DNA of 63,693 nt, counting the filler, from Octopus bimaculoides (taxonomy: Eukaryota), in assembly GCF_001194135.2 (NCBI RefSeq). It is 7 parts of 7 records of this genome, joined end to end, with 100 filler letters (N's around TTAATTAATTAA, not from the genome) between each part and the next. Parts side by side here need not be neighbours in the genome. Positions count along the whole stretch, not along the records: positions 1 to 6,249 come from NC_068983.1; positions 6,350 to 25,610 come from NC_068984.1; 5 more parts are not named here. One strand, written 5' to 3'. Numbering within the stretch: position 1 is the stretch's first letter; every line of letters starts with the position of its first letter. Below the pieces are notes generated by a model. The model made no database searches. It worked only from the letters and a program-made list of their open reading frames with translations, and had not been told where the DNA came from. Both the position numbers and the translations under genes were made by a program. Shown in pieces: positions 1 through 12,784 of the stretch.

Positions 1-36
<36 letters not shown>

Positions 37-849
37 TCTTGTGTGTGTGTGTGTGTGTGTGTGATATAACCACTAATGAATGATTGACTCATTCAGTCTA
101 TCGATATTCTCCTGGTATACAAGCGTATACATAATTTCTTGCAGGGACATGTTGCTTTTAATCGTTCTTTCATAGAACTCCATGTTGAATGTAGCTTTAG
201 CAAGAGTTTAAGTTGATCCGTATTAAATGATTTTATAAAGCTTCTATTTATTTTATTATTTTTGTTAGGTCTTCATCGATGTTAACTCTGAATGATCTAT
301 ATTGGTATGGGATCTTATTCTTGTTGTTAAGGTCGATTATGTGTCTTTCGAGTCTGAGTATTTTGCTGCATATTTCCACGGGGACTTCTGTGATTTTTAT
401 ATTCATTTTAGGTTTTAGTTCATTGTTACCTTTGTATGCTTTTGATTTACTGTAAAGTTTCTTTGTTTATTTCATGACTTATTTATCAATGCATAATCGT
501 TTCTGTTGCGTTGCTCTCTTTCACAAAGTTTTAGCTTTTTGTATATTGTGCGTTCTTTTGCATTATTTTCATTAGTTTGTGGGTCGTTATTTTTTAACAA
601 TAGTTGATTGTTTCATTTTATTTTTCTGTATGTATTCTTTCTATTAATTTTCCTAATTCTATTTATAGAATCTTGTTACTGTTTATTATGAGTTTCGACA
701 CATTCGCTAACGTGTTTGGAATTCATGTTCCTCATCCCTTTTTCCCTCAGAAACTCGTACGTATTTTTTATTTTACGTGTGTTGGATGTAATATTCAAGT
801 AAAATAACACTTTAATAATTCACTATATTAGTCCAAGTTTATCTTTTAT

Positions 850-1480
850 TATGTTTATTTTTTTATCCCCAATACCCTAATGGTATGAACAGAGCTGTCT
901 TTTCGGAGCTGAGCTTCTTTGTTACCTCCACTATTATTCATCATCTTATCTCCTCTCCTTTCCAACTTTTCTGGGCAAAACGCATTCCAGTAGTTGTTAC
1001 TCCTACACGTGTAGCAACTGTGCTTTCTGCTTTGTACCCCAAAACTGATTGCCTTTCCACGATGGCAACTTCGGAATAGCCTTGTGACCTTCAAGGATTC
1101 ATAAAGATCTGCATGTCTATGCACGTCCCAACCGAGCACATGGTGTTGCGTGTTACCACAGAGCTCACCATTTGCCTGCACTATGTTGCAAAGATGACAA
1201 CAGGACAAGAACCCACGTCCATATTCTTGTTTCGTTCCTCTATATTTTGTGGAAGACGCGTACGTACAAGTGTTTGTTTTGACAAAATTGTTTTATGTTG
1301 AAGTCAAACTGTTTTTGTCCAAAGAATGGCCATCACTTTTTCTACCAACAAATTTGTTTCCAGTTTACTGTTGTTGTTTGTATTTTGAAGTATTTAGATC
1401 GCTCCTAGAAAATTGGATTCTTCTCTTGAATTTTCTAGATTAACATGTTCCTTTTCAAACAAGAGACTTTGGAACACGTG
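850..1480 (-). mobile_element. Decayed retroelement ORF1/Gag-like relic with degenerate CCHC zinc knuckle
   Basis: ORF 855-1208(-) contains CYTCRSNNYWNAFCP = C-x2-C-x4-(H>Y)-x4-C; flanking frames are broken by stops. Confidence 0.45.
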
Positions 1481-2079
1481 GACATCCATCTCCATATGAG
1501 AAGTAAACATAAAATATGCCCGTTAGACATTATTTTATTTTTCTGAAAGTCTTTTTCGTGTGTTTACATTTGATTCAATATAGTTTCCTCTGTTGAAGAG
1601 ATATTAATAAAAAAAATAAGTAGCACGTCTTCCAAAGACTTAGAATTAAATATAAAAGATAAATTTGAATACATGAAAACGAATTTTAACAATATAAACG
1701 ACGTTTAATGAAAAAAATAACAAAAGAACAATGAAAGAAAGAGATAAACTCACGAATACAGACAGTTACAAACATGACATGCAGAAAGGTACTAACAACA
1801 ATAATGATGCAATTGTGTAGGATAGTTACCAAAATCATACAACACCTTTGCAAACATTACAAACCAAAAAGGTTTTGAAAATGGAATTGAATCCAACTAA
1901 AGAAAAAAACCGTAACAGTGGTATTTCACATAAAAGAGTGTCCTCTTTGTATTTATACCGGAACGAGCAAGGAAAACGGAACTTAACACAGATTTGCAAT
2001 TGCTGAAGTATCTTCCATATACCATTAAGGGAAGAGTTAAAGGAATTCCTAGACGAAATGTGATACAACATTTTTATTT

Positions 2080-2900
2080 TGCTAAGGGTAGGGCATGTTT
2101 AGGTGTGCCTGGGCTTTAAAGCTGGCAATAAGCGACTGTCACAATAAATCGGATGACGTGATACAAGATTTACTGCAAAGAACTTGGGTTCTAACATTGA
2201 TACTTGACTTGACGTCACATTTGCAGCGCAACAAGGACAGATGTTAGCGCCGACGTGACGTGCAAATCCTGATGAACCTGGAAGACAATAAAGCTAGCCC
2301 GGTGTGGCACTCCATTATGGATGCGCAGAGAGATGCGATACGATTAACGATTCAGTATAGAAAGACCAAGTGTTACACGTGACAGAATGAGCCACTTGAG
2401 GACAACAGGGGAGATACAAAGGCAGAAATTATTGAAAATGACCAACAACGTCGACAACAACGCAAACAACAGCAGGCCTTAGAATTTATTGTTTTAAAAG
2501 TAATGCTCGTCGCCAGTTCGGCCATAACAGAAGAAATCGCTTCATCTTCAGTAATAAGAACCGATGACCAGTGCTTCCTATCCTAAGAGAGAACCAATAG
2601 TAACATTTCATCGTTTTTCTTCAATAGGGAGAAGTGTTCAACAGACGTGGGGAGGACAGATTATCGAAGAAAGTAAGAAAACAAAATAAATCCTTCTCCA
2701 AAAAATTGAAAACAAACTGAAAGTGAGTAAAACATGCGAAGAAGAAACAATCGTAGAGTCCAGAGAATAGTCAACGAAGGACCTGTTTATGATTTGACCA
2801 AACTACAGAAAATCGAAGGAAAAGATAAAGTGCAGATTGAGGAAGACAGGAGCAGAGGTATGTGGAATTTACAAACAATAGACAACATATAAGAACTAAT
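2080..2900 (+). mobile_element. Second decayed copy of a similar ORF1-like relic, opposite orientation
   Basis: VTFAAQQGQMLAP resembles VIFAT*CRQMVSS of the 850-1480 copy; KTKCYT* resembles RKHSCYTC; many stops. Confidence 0.3.
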
Positions 2901-3489
2901 TTAAGTGTCTATGGAGTTATACCTAAGCTGTCAGGGGGCTACGGGCTTTTCTTATCCCTTCCGACATCTGAATTGTTCCCATCTTCAAGAATGAACATTT
3001 TGAGTGTTTGGATATAAAGCAGATGGAGGCAGAATTTGGTGAGAGTCGTGTTGTGCTCTGATCAAATTCCGGTGACGGTTTCTTATGCGTGTGGGGGTGG
3101 GTTGCCTGTATGTTTTGTTTTATTTATATTCTTATATTTGTATATTCTGTATTTATTATTGGTGTTAGGGCCTGTTTTCATCTTTAAGGGCTTGCCAGTC
3201 AAGGTTAAAGGGACCCTCTTAACTTTGTGTAGATTTATTCCCATGAAGACATTCTCTGCTGGGATATTCAATGTTAATATTATTACTGTTGTCCACAGAG
3301 GCAATAGTTACTTCTCAGAATTCATCCGTTCTTGTTTTACCTCCTGCAGAGTAACAAAATATCAAAGAAAACGTACAGAGCGAGCTGTGTGGGGTTGCCG
3401 GTTTAGACGCCGATGGCCCGACATTTGTAATTAAATTCCCAACTTCAATCATGGTAGTGGTGAAGGGGCGCATGCCACGTACCTGAGTG

Positions 3490-3600
3490 AATAAGATTCG
3501 CGAACAGATGAGGAATTATGTACATTATTTACATTTGACGGATATCTGTTCTCATCTTACAACCCTCCGGCATTCATCAGGTTAGAAATAATTTTCGATG
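3490..3600 (-). mobile_element. Truncated Penelope-like terminal-repeat fragment followed by (ATT)n
   Basis: Shares tatgtacattatttacatttgacggatat...ttcatcagg with the copies at 18790-18945 and 34680-34835, with an internal deletion. Confidence 0.55.
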
Positions 3601-3609
3601 TTGTTGTTG

Positions 3610-3684
<75 letters not shown>

Positions 3685-6600
3685 CCTTTGATTAAGAAAT
3701 TAGAAAGCAAGATGACTGAAAATCATTTTGATCTGAGCGTATAAAATACATTTTAGAGGAGTGGTTGCTAAAATTGGTAAAGCATGCTTTTTTTATGGAA
3801 TTTTAATCCTACCGGGTAAATAAAATAATTACCAGCCAAGTATTTGAATAGATTTAATCAATTAATGTTTGGGATTATTTTATTGTTGTTTGTTTTTTAT
3901 CTGAGATATACAGATCGAACAAATAATTATAAAGTTCATGTTTATTGCGTTAATTAAACACTACAAGAATTATTATAGTATTCACATGGTTAGAATTATA
4001 GCTAACGCATTTTTGTTCACTTGCTGTACCTTAGATTTAAAATCTATAGAATTTTGAGAATGAGAACAAAATTTAATTCTTTGGGTAAAAATAAATGTAT
4101 GAGAAATGATGATAAGTAACATTTTATAAAAGGACTTTGTAAATAAAGCTGCCACTAAGCAATATCTTTCCCTGATATGACATTAGTAATTCTCACTTGT
4201 TCTTATTTTAAATGAAATCAGTGTGAAAAAATGTATCCCTTATTTGACCAGAGAAGAGTTACGTTCCATACTTTTGAGGATACACATTAGGTTCAGCTTT
4301 AGATGTGAAACGATGCTTACACATGAATTTTGCTGATCGTCATTCTATTGTGAATTAATTTCTTTAAGCTCTAAAAAGAATTTTAAATATTGTGGTTTAC
4401 AGAATACTGGAAATGATCGATATTTTCTCAGATGTACCTTATACAATGTCACGACCATTTTGAGGATTGAAATTCTATAATGGAAACAGAACGTTTGCTT
4501 CGAAGATGAGGGAAAGAAAAAGCAAGTAAGAAATTTTTTTCTTCGCTTTTCGAAACATCATCCGATAATCAACGATATTCTCGAAAATTGGACAGTGATA
4601 GTTACTGTAGATCAATATTGACTCATATTTTGATGTGACAAAGAAATTCATATCAATTTCTTTTTTTTTTTTCTTTTTTTTTTCATGTCATTGGTATACT
4701 TGGCAATACTCACAAGTTTTTAACATTAACATCAGAAGAAAGTCGGAATCATCACAGACAAAATGATCTCTGATAAGACTTGATTATATTTTTGACGTTG
4801 TTGCTCTCACCTGATCTATACATCAACTTTTTTAGATCACTCCTTCACAATCCCTTCTGGTTTTATTCTTTGAATTATTAATGCGTTAATTCAGTATATT
4901 TCAACGGCCATCTTAGTTATTTACATAGAGTAAAAAGATAAGAAATATTTAAAGAATTAAACATATTCAGTTAGAGAATAAATGTGAATCTTTTCGTTTA
5001 TTTTGTGAGTTATTAAAAAGAATGATGCAACTAGTTATTGTTATAGCAGTTTAGCACCAAGTAAAACCAGAGACATGCCAACCTTGGTGATTTCATCTTT
5101 TTCCGATGTGCAAGGAACCCAGAGCCAAGTGATCCAATGTGTTCTTTTTAAAGGTGGTAGAAAATGATTTGAAGGAGATTCAGTTGTTGTGCGATAACGT
5201 AAAACTCACTAGTTCTTCTTATTTTAAATGAAACCAGTGTGAAACAAAGTATCCCTTATTTGACCAGAGAAGAGTTACGTTCTTTACTTTTGAGGATATA
5301 CATTAATTCGGCTATCTATTTCTGTCATTTTGGTTTAGTTTCTTTTCTTTTATTTTGCACAATCACGAGATTATCCAGAATATCTTGCTAAGTTTTAATT
5401 GATTGATATTCAACCTAAGGATACAAACGTTGACAGTTTGAACCATCCTGCTCTCCTACGTCTGACTGTTTATTTGTTAGTTAATGTCCATAATAAACCA
5501 TCGGATGGAGAGTATTTAGCAATTAGTCTGGGAGGAAAATTACACAATATCCCATGTAACATAGATTAATTAATTTTGTATGATATATCGGTATGATGAA
5601 GATTTCCAATGTTAGGGAGATTAAATTGACTGCTGTACAAGATTGTAGAGCTTCTATTGCAAGATGAATGCATCATAGCTGTGTACTTAAGAAGTTCGTT
5701 TATCAAGTACATGATATCTGGTTCGATTCCATTATGCACTACTATGGGAAAGTGTCTTCTGCCATAATCTTGCGAAGAATATCTGATAAATAAAAAATGT
5801 GTGGAAGTGCGTTGGGGGCGGTTTTCCTCTTAAAGGATAGGAGACTTAATCCAGTGCCCAGTTTAACGCAACCATCTGTCTCAAGCAGTCAAGCCAAATT
5901 TTTGACCTCAGAATAAGTTCTTCTACCAGTCAGAAACACCCAGAAAAAATCATGCACATTGTCCTTCTTCCTATAACTAAACTGTTAAACACAAAGATCT
6001 GTTGAAAATATATCCTAATGGGAGATGTGCAGGCCTGCTATGAGTTGATAAAATTATGTATAGACGATTTCTGTATATGGAATGCAAGACATGTGTTCGA
6101 ATTGGAAACACTAGAAGTTTATTTCTAGCATAGATATAAGGCCCAATATTTCGAGGGAAGAGACATTTGAATAAATTCATGATACTGACATCAAATCGAT
6201 GCCATCAGCATCAGAGGTTGGGATATATATATATATATATATATATATANNNNNNNNNNNNNNNNNNNNNNNNNNNNNNNNNNNNNNNNNNNNTTAATTA
6301 ATTAANNNNNNNNNNNNNNNNNNNNNNNNNNNNNNNNNNNNNNNNNNNNATATTATTGTATTTGTACCGGTCTCTAACGGTTTTATTCTGCAATTAACTT
6401 TATACCTGTGTCTCAACTAGTTTGAGCACTTCTTTTACAGCCTTGGGATCTATTTTAAAACGGGGGCCACATTTTTCATTAATGTTTTACGTAGTGTTTT
6501 TGGTACGGAAAGACTTTCAAACTTCGTATACTTATCTATTTTGTGTTATAGAACAGAAAAATATTTTTGTATTCGAATTTATTTCATGTAAAAAATTGTC

Positions 6601-6783
6601 TTTCATTTTAGAAAGTCATTTTGTAGATGTGTGTAAAAAACAAGAGTAAGAGAAGAAAACATGCCATCTTGACTATGCTACTGTTCAACAGTCTAGTTGA
6701 ACAGCAGCATAGTCAAGATGATATTTTTCTTCTCTTACTCTTGTTTTTTACTTACATCTACAAAATGACTTTCTAAAATGAAA
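6601..6783. repeat. Fold-back palindrome, ~89 bp arms, 6 nt loop
   Basis: tttcattttagaaagtcattttgtagatg...gttcaac / agtcta / gttgaac...catctacaaaatgactttctaaaatgaaa; only a few mismatches between arms. Confidence 0.9.
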
Positions 6784-7048
6784 TTCCATTATGCAGCTGA
6801 GGAGTACATTTTCATCGTACGTTTTATGTAGTGTTCTCACTACATGAATAAATGAAGTTTGTACGAAACGTACGTACTGCTATACGTATTGAATTTTTGT
6901 TGCTTTTCTTCAAATATATATATATATATATATTGAGACATATATACTTATACTTTTTCTTGTATACACACACACGAGTGAGTGGACAAACAAAAGAAAA
7001 TGAGTATCCAAACATTTAGTATGAGTTACATGTATTATTTAAAACGAT

Positions 7049-7148
7049 TTGATTCGGCTTCATGCGACTTAAAGTTTCGCAGGCATCTAAAACAGATGGG
7101 CTTCTATTAGAGACCTGCGAAACTTTGAGTCTCATAGAGCCGAATCAA
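7049..7148. repeat. Short inverted-repeat element, ~35 bp arms
   Basis: ttgattcggcttcatgcgacttaaagtttcgcagg ... cctgcgaaactttgagtctcatagagccgaatcaa. Confidence 0.85.
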
Positions 7149-7160
7149 GGTGTATATATG

Positions 7161-7197
<37 letters not shown>

Positions 7198-7445
7198 ATC
7201 AGTCTGCTATAATGAATCTATAAACACATATAGAAAACATCTAAGGGTATATGTTTTTCCTCTCTAAAGATATTATCCTCCAGGCATATAAATTTAATAT
7301 TTAATTAATTCACTGAGTATTATTTGAAACAGCTGTAAGGGATAATGATTGATTTGTTGTTGATAATAAACATTTATTAACTTCACAATCTCCATTTTCT
7401 TTTTCTTTCTTTATAGGAATATAAACTACATGGTTTTATATATAT

Positions 7446-7488
<43 letters not shown>

Positions 7489-7541
7489 CGTTTTCTTGTA
7501 TATGTATGTGCGTGAATGTGTATATATGTATAGATACATGT

Positions 7542-7833
7542 GAAGGCGCGTGGCTTAGTGGTTAGGGTCATTCGGCTCACGATCGTAAGGTCGTGAGTTC
7601 AATTACCAGCGACGCGTTGTGCCCTTGAGCGAGACACTTTATTTCACGTTGCCCCAGTTCACTCAGCTGGCAAAAATGAGTAGTACCTGTATTTCAAAGG
7701 GCCAGCCTTATCACACTCTGTATCATGCTGGATCTCCCTGAGAACTACGTTATGGGTACACGTTAATTTCACGAGCAGGCTGTTCCGTTGATCGTATCAG
7801 CTGAAACCCTCGTCGTCGTAACCGACGGAGTGC
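7542..7833 (+). mobile_element. tRNA-derived CORE-like SINE
   Basis: A-box tggcttagtggtt, B-box-like gagttcaattacc, CORE-like cccttgagcgagacactttatttcacgttg; tail shared with the 11161 and 20917 copies. Confidence 0.75.
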
Positions 7834-8177
7834 TCTTGTATAGATACAAACACGCACACCCAGGAAGGCAGTACCGTATTTGAAGGCTTACACAGCGCCC
7901 TTTATTGAAAAAAAAAAAAGTGTGCCAAGGTATCAGCCTATATCTTATAAACAACACAAGGTCAGATTTCAGGTTATCAGTAAATAACAGTTCGAGAAGT
8001 GGCCTGCCAAACCTGCGCTGAGTCATACAAGCCAATGCCTATTATCGGCCGTCAAATACAGTATATGATTAAAGTAACAAAACAATATGTGATATGTGTT
8101 ATGTAGTTTAAATTAATAAAACTCACATGCGCAAATCCTCATACAGGCTTACATATACACGCATACATGCACACACA

Positions 8178-8211
<34 letters not shown>

Positions 8212-8338
8212 CATTCGGGCATACATAGATATACTTACGTATTATATGTGCATATATGCAGAAATCCTTCTGTTTACAAATCTACATACATACATGAGTA
8301 CATACATACTCACACATACACGCACAAACGTGTTTGTG

Positions 8339-8373
<35 letters not shown>

Positions 8374-8912
8374 NNNNNNNNNNNNNNNNNNNNNNNNNNN
8401 NNNNNNNNNNNNNNNNNNNNNNNNNNNNNNNNNNNNNNNNNNNNNNNNNNNNNNNNNNNNNNNNNNNNNNNNNNNNNNNNNNNNNNNNNNNNNNNNNNNN
8501 NNNNNNNNNNNNNNNNNNNNNNNNNNNNNNNNNNNNNNNNNNNNNNNNNNNNNNNNNNNNNNNNNNNNNNNNNNNNNNNNNNNNNNNNNNNNNNNNNNNN
8601 NNNNNNNNNNNNNNNNNNNNNNNNNNNNNNNNNNNNNNNNNNNNNNNNNNNNNNNNNNNNNNNNNNNNNNNNNNNNNNNNNNNNNNNNNNNNNNNNNNNN
8701 NNNNNNNNNNNNNNNNNNNNNNNNNNNNNNNNNNNNNNNNNNNNNNNNNNNNNNNNNNNNNNNNNNNNNNNNNNNNNNNNNNNNNNNNNNNNNNNNNNNN
8801 NNNNNNNNNNNNNNNNNNNNNNNNNNNNNNNNNNNNNNNNNNAGTGTTAATACTCCATGGATGGAATTTATAAATATTTTAATGCATCGCTACGTGCGTT
8901 TCCACAAATTAC

Positions 8913-9413
8913 ATATTTCTTAAGATCATAATCCGTATTTCTGGGATGATTACAGTACACTCCATAGTATCCATGGACGTCTGGTGGATCATATTCATGC
9001 GTTCATTTCTTCGGGCGATATAGCATTAACGGATGTAAAACATGGTTGTTTATCAATTTTGACCAATGAAAAGGTTGATTGGGGTTTGTGGACAGTTGTG
9101 TGTGCATTTGGTGGGGAGGAGTGGAAGGTGATGGAAAGAGAGAAAGGAATGGTAGTCATAAAGAAAATGGAGGTGTGTGTGTGTAGTGACGTTAGATATA
9201 TTTTGATATTTGAGTAGGCATCTGCACCACACATACACCTCCATCTCCTTAATTACTACCATTCCTATCTCTTTCCATCAACCTTTTCATTGGTCAAAAT
9301 TGATAAATAACCCTCAGTTATACATCCGTGAATGTCATATCGCCCGAAGAAATGAACGCATGAATATTATCCACCCTATGTCCAGGAATACGGACTATGA
9401 TCTTAAGAAACAT
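8913..9413. mobile_element. ~500 bp imperfect fold-back (MITE-like) element
   Basis: Arms share ttcttaagatcata, atattcatgcgttcatttcttcgggcgatat, tttatcaattttgaccaatgaaaaggttgat and ggaatggtagt in inverted orientation; ~35 nt central spacer. Confidence 0.75.
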
Positions 9414-9427
9414 ATGAACTTGCCATG

Positions 9428-9462
<35 letters not shown>

Positions 9463-9463
<1 letters not shown>

Positions 9464-9722
9464 ATCTTTTATTTGTTTCTGTCATTTGACTGCAGACATG
9501 CTGCAGCACCGCCTTGAATGGCTTTGATCAAACAAATCAACACCAGGACTTAGTTTTTTAAACCTTGTATTCATTCAGTCGGTCAATTTTGCTAAACCGC
9601 TACGTTGCGGGGACGTAAACAAACTAACACCGTTTGGCAAGCGGTGGCGGGGGACAAACATAATGACACGCACACAAACACACTGACACACAAATACACA
9701 CACACACACAGACACACACACA
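9463..9722 (+). mobile_element. Octopus interspersed repeat (SINE-like) ending in (CA)n; further copies near 19880-20090, 30640-30860, 40616-40810, 43470-43690, 46850-47040, 51895-52070, 53130-53285, 56470-56705
   Basis: Recurrent gtcatttgactgcggccatgctggagcaccgcc...gccgaaccgctaagttacggggacgtaaac...ggttgtcaagcg motif at all listed positions. Confidence 0.8.
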
Positions 9723-10203
9723 NNNNNNNNNNNNNNNNNNNNNNNNNNNNNNNNNNNNNNNNNNNNNNNNNNNNNNNNNNNNNNNNNNNNNNNNNNNNNN
9801 NNNNNNNNNNNNNNNNNNNNNNNNNNNNNNNNNNNNNNNNNNNNNNNNNNNNNNNNNNNNNNNNNNNNNNNNNNNNNNNNNNNNNNNNNNNNNNNNNNNN
9901 NNNNNNNNNNNNNNNNNNNNNNNNNNNNNNNNNNNNNNNNNNNNNNNNNNNNNNNNNNNNNNNNNNNNNNNNNNNNNNNNNNNNNNNNNNNNNNNNNNNN
10001 NNNNNNNNNNNNNNNNNNNNNNNNNNNNNNNNNNNNNNNNNNNNNNNNNNNNNNNNNNNNNNNNNNNNNNNNNNNNNNNNNNNNNNNNNNNNNNNNNNNN
10101 NNNNNNNNNNNNNNNNNNNNNNNNNNNNNNNNNNNNNNNNNNNNNNNNNNNNNNNNNNNNNNNNNNNNNNNNNNNNNNNNNNNNNNNNNNNNNNNNNNNN
10201 NNN

Positions 10204-10253
<50 letters not shown>

Positions 10254-11160
10254 ATGTATGTATGTATGTATGTATGTATGTCTAGAGAGATAAGTTTAGC
10301 AGTCATTCGCAAACGAGTATAACCTGGTAACTTGTATCACGCTTTGGCTAATTGTTCTAGGTTCTAAATATTCTACATATTTGCAAGCAGACATAGATAT
10401 CCTTATCGCACTCCCACCCATGATTCTGCCGAGCCTCAAAACGTGACAGCAAGAGAGAGGGGCGTCTGTACTAGGTTGGTACTCATTTACCGCTGAGTAA
10501 ACTTGAGCAATGTGAAATGGAATGACTCACGCAGCGACACAATGTGCCTCCCAGTCTAGGACTCGAACCTCGACTTTATGATCGTGAGCCCAACGCTCTA
10601 ACTACTAAACTATGCTCTTTCACATATATACATACTCACATATGTATGCGTACGTACATACATACATGCATACATACATACATACATACATGCATACATA
10701 CATACATATGATAACCTTAGAATAGTTAACTGATGTACGATAGGATAAACACGAAACCAAAAATGACACTGATCTCTTCCTTATGAAAAGTCACATAATC
10801 TTATCTGACACAAAGCAAAACCTCTAATTCACGAGTACATAAGTACTTGAAATGAAAAACTCAGACCAATTAGCGAATAAAACCTACTAAAACCTTAGTT
10901 AAAAGCGCTAACGAGTTTATAGCACGTAACCTCTATGGTATGCAAGAGTAAGCCATTTCCCACTAAAGGACAACAATAAAAACATCAGTTGAAGACTAAT
11001 ATAGGTTATGGTATAGTAAAATTGAAAACTACAGCTAAACCATAGTCATTTACATGACAATTTCTGCGGAATATTCAATTCTGGGAGTTGAAAGTAGACC
11101 TGGGGAAGCAGCTGAGGTTCTCAGAAACTGTCGCTTCAATGTCATTAAGATCATTGTTGC

Positions 11161-11720
11161 TGGCACTCCGTCGCTTACGACGTCGAGGGTTCCAGTTGAT
11201 CTGATCAACGGAACAGCCTGCTCGTGAAATTAACGTGCAAATGGCTGAGCACTCCACAGACACGTGTACCCTTAACGTAGTTCTCGGGGATATTCAGCGT
11301 GACACAATGTGACAAGGCTGACTCTTTGAATTACAGGTACAACATAAACAGGAAGTAAGAGTGAGAGAAAGTTGTGGTGAAAGAGTACAGCAGGGTTCGC
11401 CACCATCCACTGCCGGAGCCTCGTGGAGCTTNNNNNNNNNNACACGTGTACCCTTAACGTAGTTCTCGGGGATATTCAGCGTGACACAATGTGACAAGGC
11501 TGACTCTTTGAATTACAGGTACAACATAAACAGGAAGTAAGAGTGAGAGAAAGTTGTGGTGAAAGAGTACAGCAGGGTTCGCCACCATCCACTGCCGGAG
11601 CCTCGTGGAGCTTTAGGTGTTTTCGCTCAATAAACACTCACAACGCACGGTCTGGGAATCGAAACTGCAATCCTATGACCGCGAGTCCGCTGCCCTAACC
11701 ACTGGGCCATTGAGCCTCCG
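11161..11720 (-). mobile_element. tRNA-derived SINE, internally duplicated across a 10-N gap
   Basis: Reverse complement of the 20917-21296 copy; tRNA-like head at 11650-11720. Confidence 0.8.
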
Positions 11721-12349
11721 ACTATTAAGATGAGACACAGTGCTAATTTCAGAAGCATCCAAGAAGATAGTTCTATTAGAATTCTCTATTTCCTAAAAGG
11801 ACTGCATTGAGGAAGTAAATAAAAGAAAGAAAAGGAAACATGCTTGGCTAGTAGAGCCTTACCGAAGCAATGGGCGACAAATAACATGTAACCTCATTCA
11901 GATGGGCTACAGAGTGTTTGCTGGCCGGTCGCTCTACAGAACCTACAACATGCTGTACATTACAAAGGCCAGTAGGTGAGAAGCCATCATGTTGGTTGTT
12001 GGGGAAGCAGAGGTTGCTTCAAGGTTGCAAGGCAACAGAAAGTGTGAGCACTGGAAATAATAGCTCTACTAGATTTAGTGACGGAAGCTGGGACATGACT
12101 AATTTTGACTGGGTTGCCTGGCTGAGGATATCTGATGTTGAAAGTCTCAAAATACCTAATGACCTCAGAAAACATCACTTACAATGTGGCTAGGTACATG
12201 TAGAGAAAGACTTGGAGCCAGCGCGATCTGTAGTAAATAATAAGAAAAAAAACCCAACAACCAATCAATAGAAACGAACATATTGAGATCAATGGGTCAA
12301 AAGAATAATGGTAAAATCTAAAAATAAAAGCAGTAATTAAATTGATTTC

Positions 12350-12555
12350 AAATTTTGGCACAAAGCCAGGGATTTCGGGGAAGGAGTAAGTCGATCACAT
12401 CTACTCCAGTGTTCTACTGTTACTTATTTTATCGACCCCGAGAGGATGAAAGGCAAAGTCGACCTCGGTGGAATTTGAACTCAGAACGTGAGGACAGATG
12501 AAATACCGCTAAGCATTTCGCCTGGCGTGCTAACGATCCTGCCAGCTCACCTCTT
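12350..12555 (-). mobile_element. tRNA-like SINE family (ggcggcgagctggcagaa head); other copies ~12820-12960, 13165-13318(+), 18530-18665, 24470-24720, 28130-28347, 44630-44830
   Basis: Recurrent atcgaccccgaaaggatgaaaggcaaagtcgacctcggcggaatttgaactcagaacg motif. Confidence 0.8.
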
Positions 12556-12596
12556 TAAGTAGTAGTAGTAGTAGTAATAATAATAATAATAATAAC

Positions 12597-12734
12597 AATA
12601 TCGTGAGGTTGTTGATTGCAGATATTGTGTCTACCTGGGGTTTGTACTATTTGTCTGAGGTCCTTATTGGGACTCGACAAACAGTACAAACCTCTGGTAG
12701 ACACAATATCTTCAATCAATAACCTCATGATATT
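12597..12734. repeat. Hairpin element, ~66 bp arms, ~5 nt loop, next to (TAA)n tracts
   Basis: aatatcgtgaggttgttgattgcagatattgtgtctacc...gtcc/ttatt/gggac...ggtagacacaatatcttcaatcaataacctcatgatatt. Confidence 0.9.
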
Positions 12735-12751
12735 GAATTCTGTGGAACGTC

Positions 12752-12784
<33 letters not shown>

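Noticed and set aside
11262-11612. Tandem ~170 bp duplication in a SINE
   Set aside because: Copies flank a 10-N gap; most likely an unmerged contig overlap.
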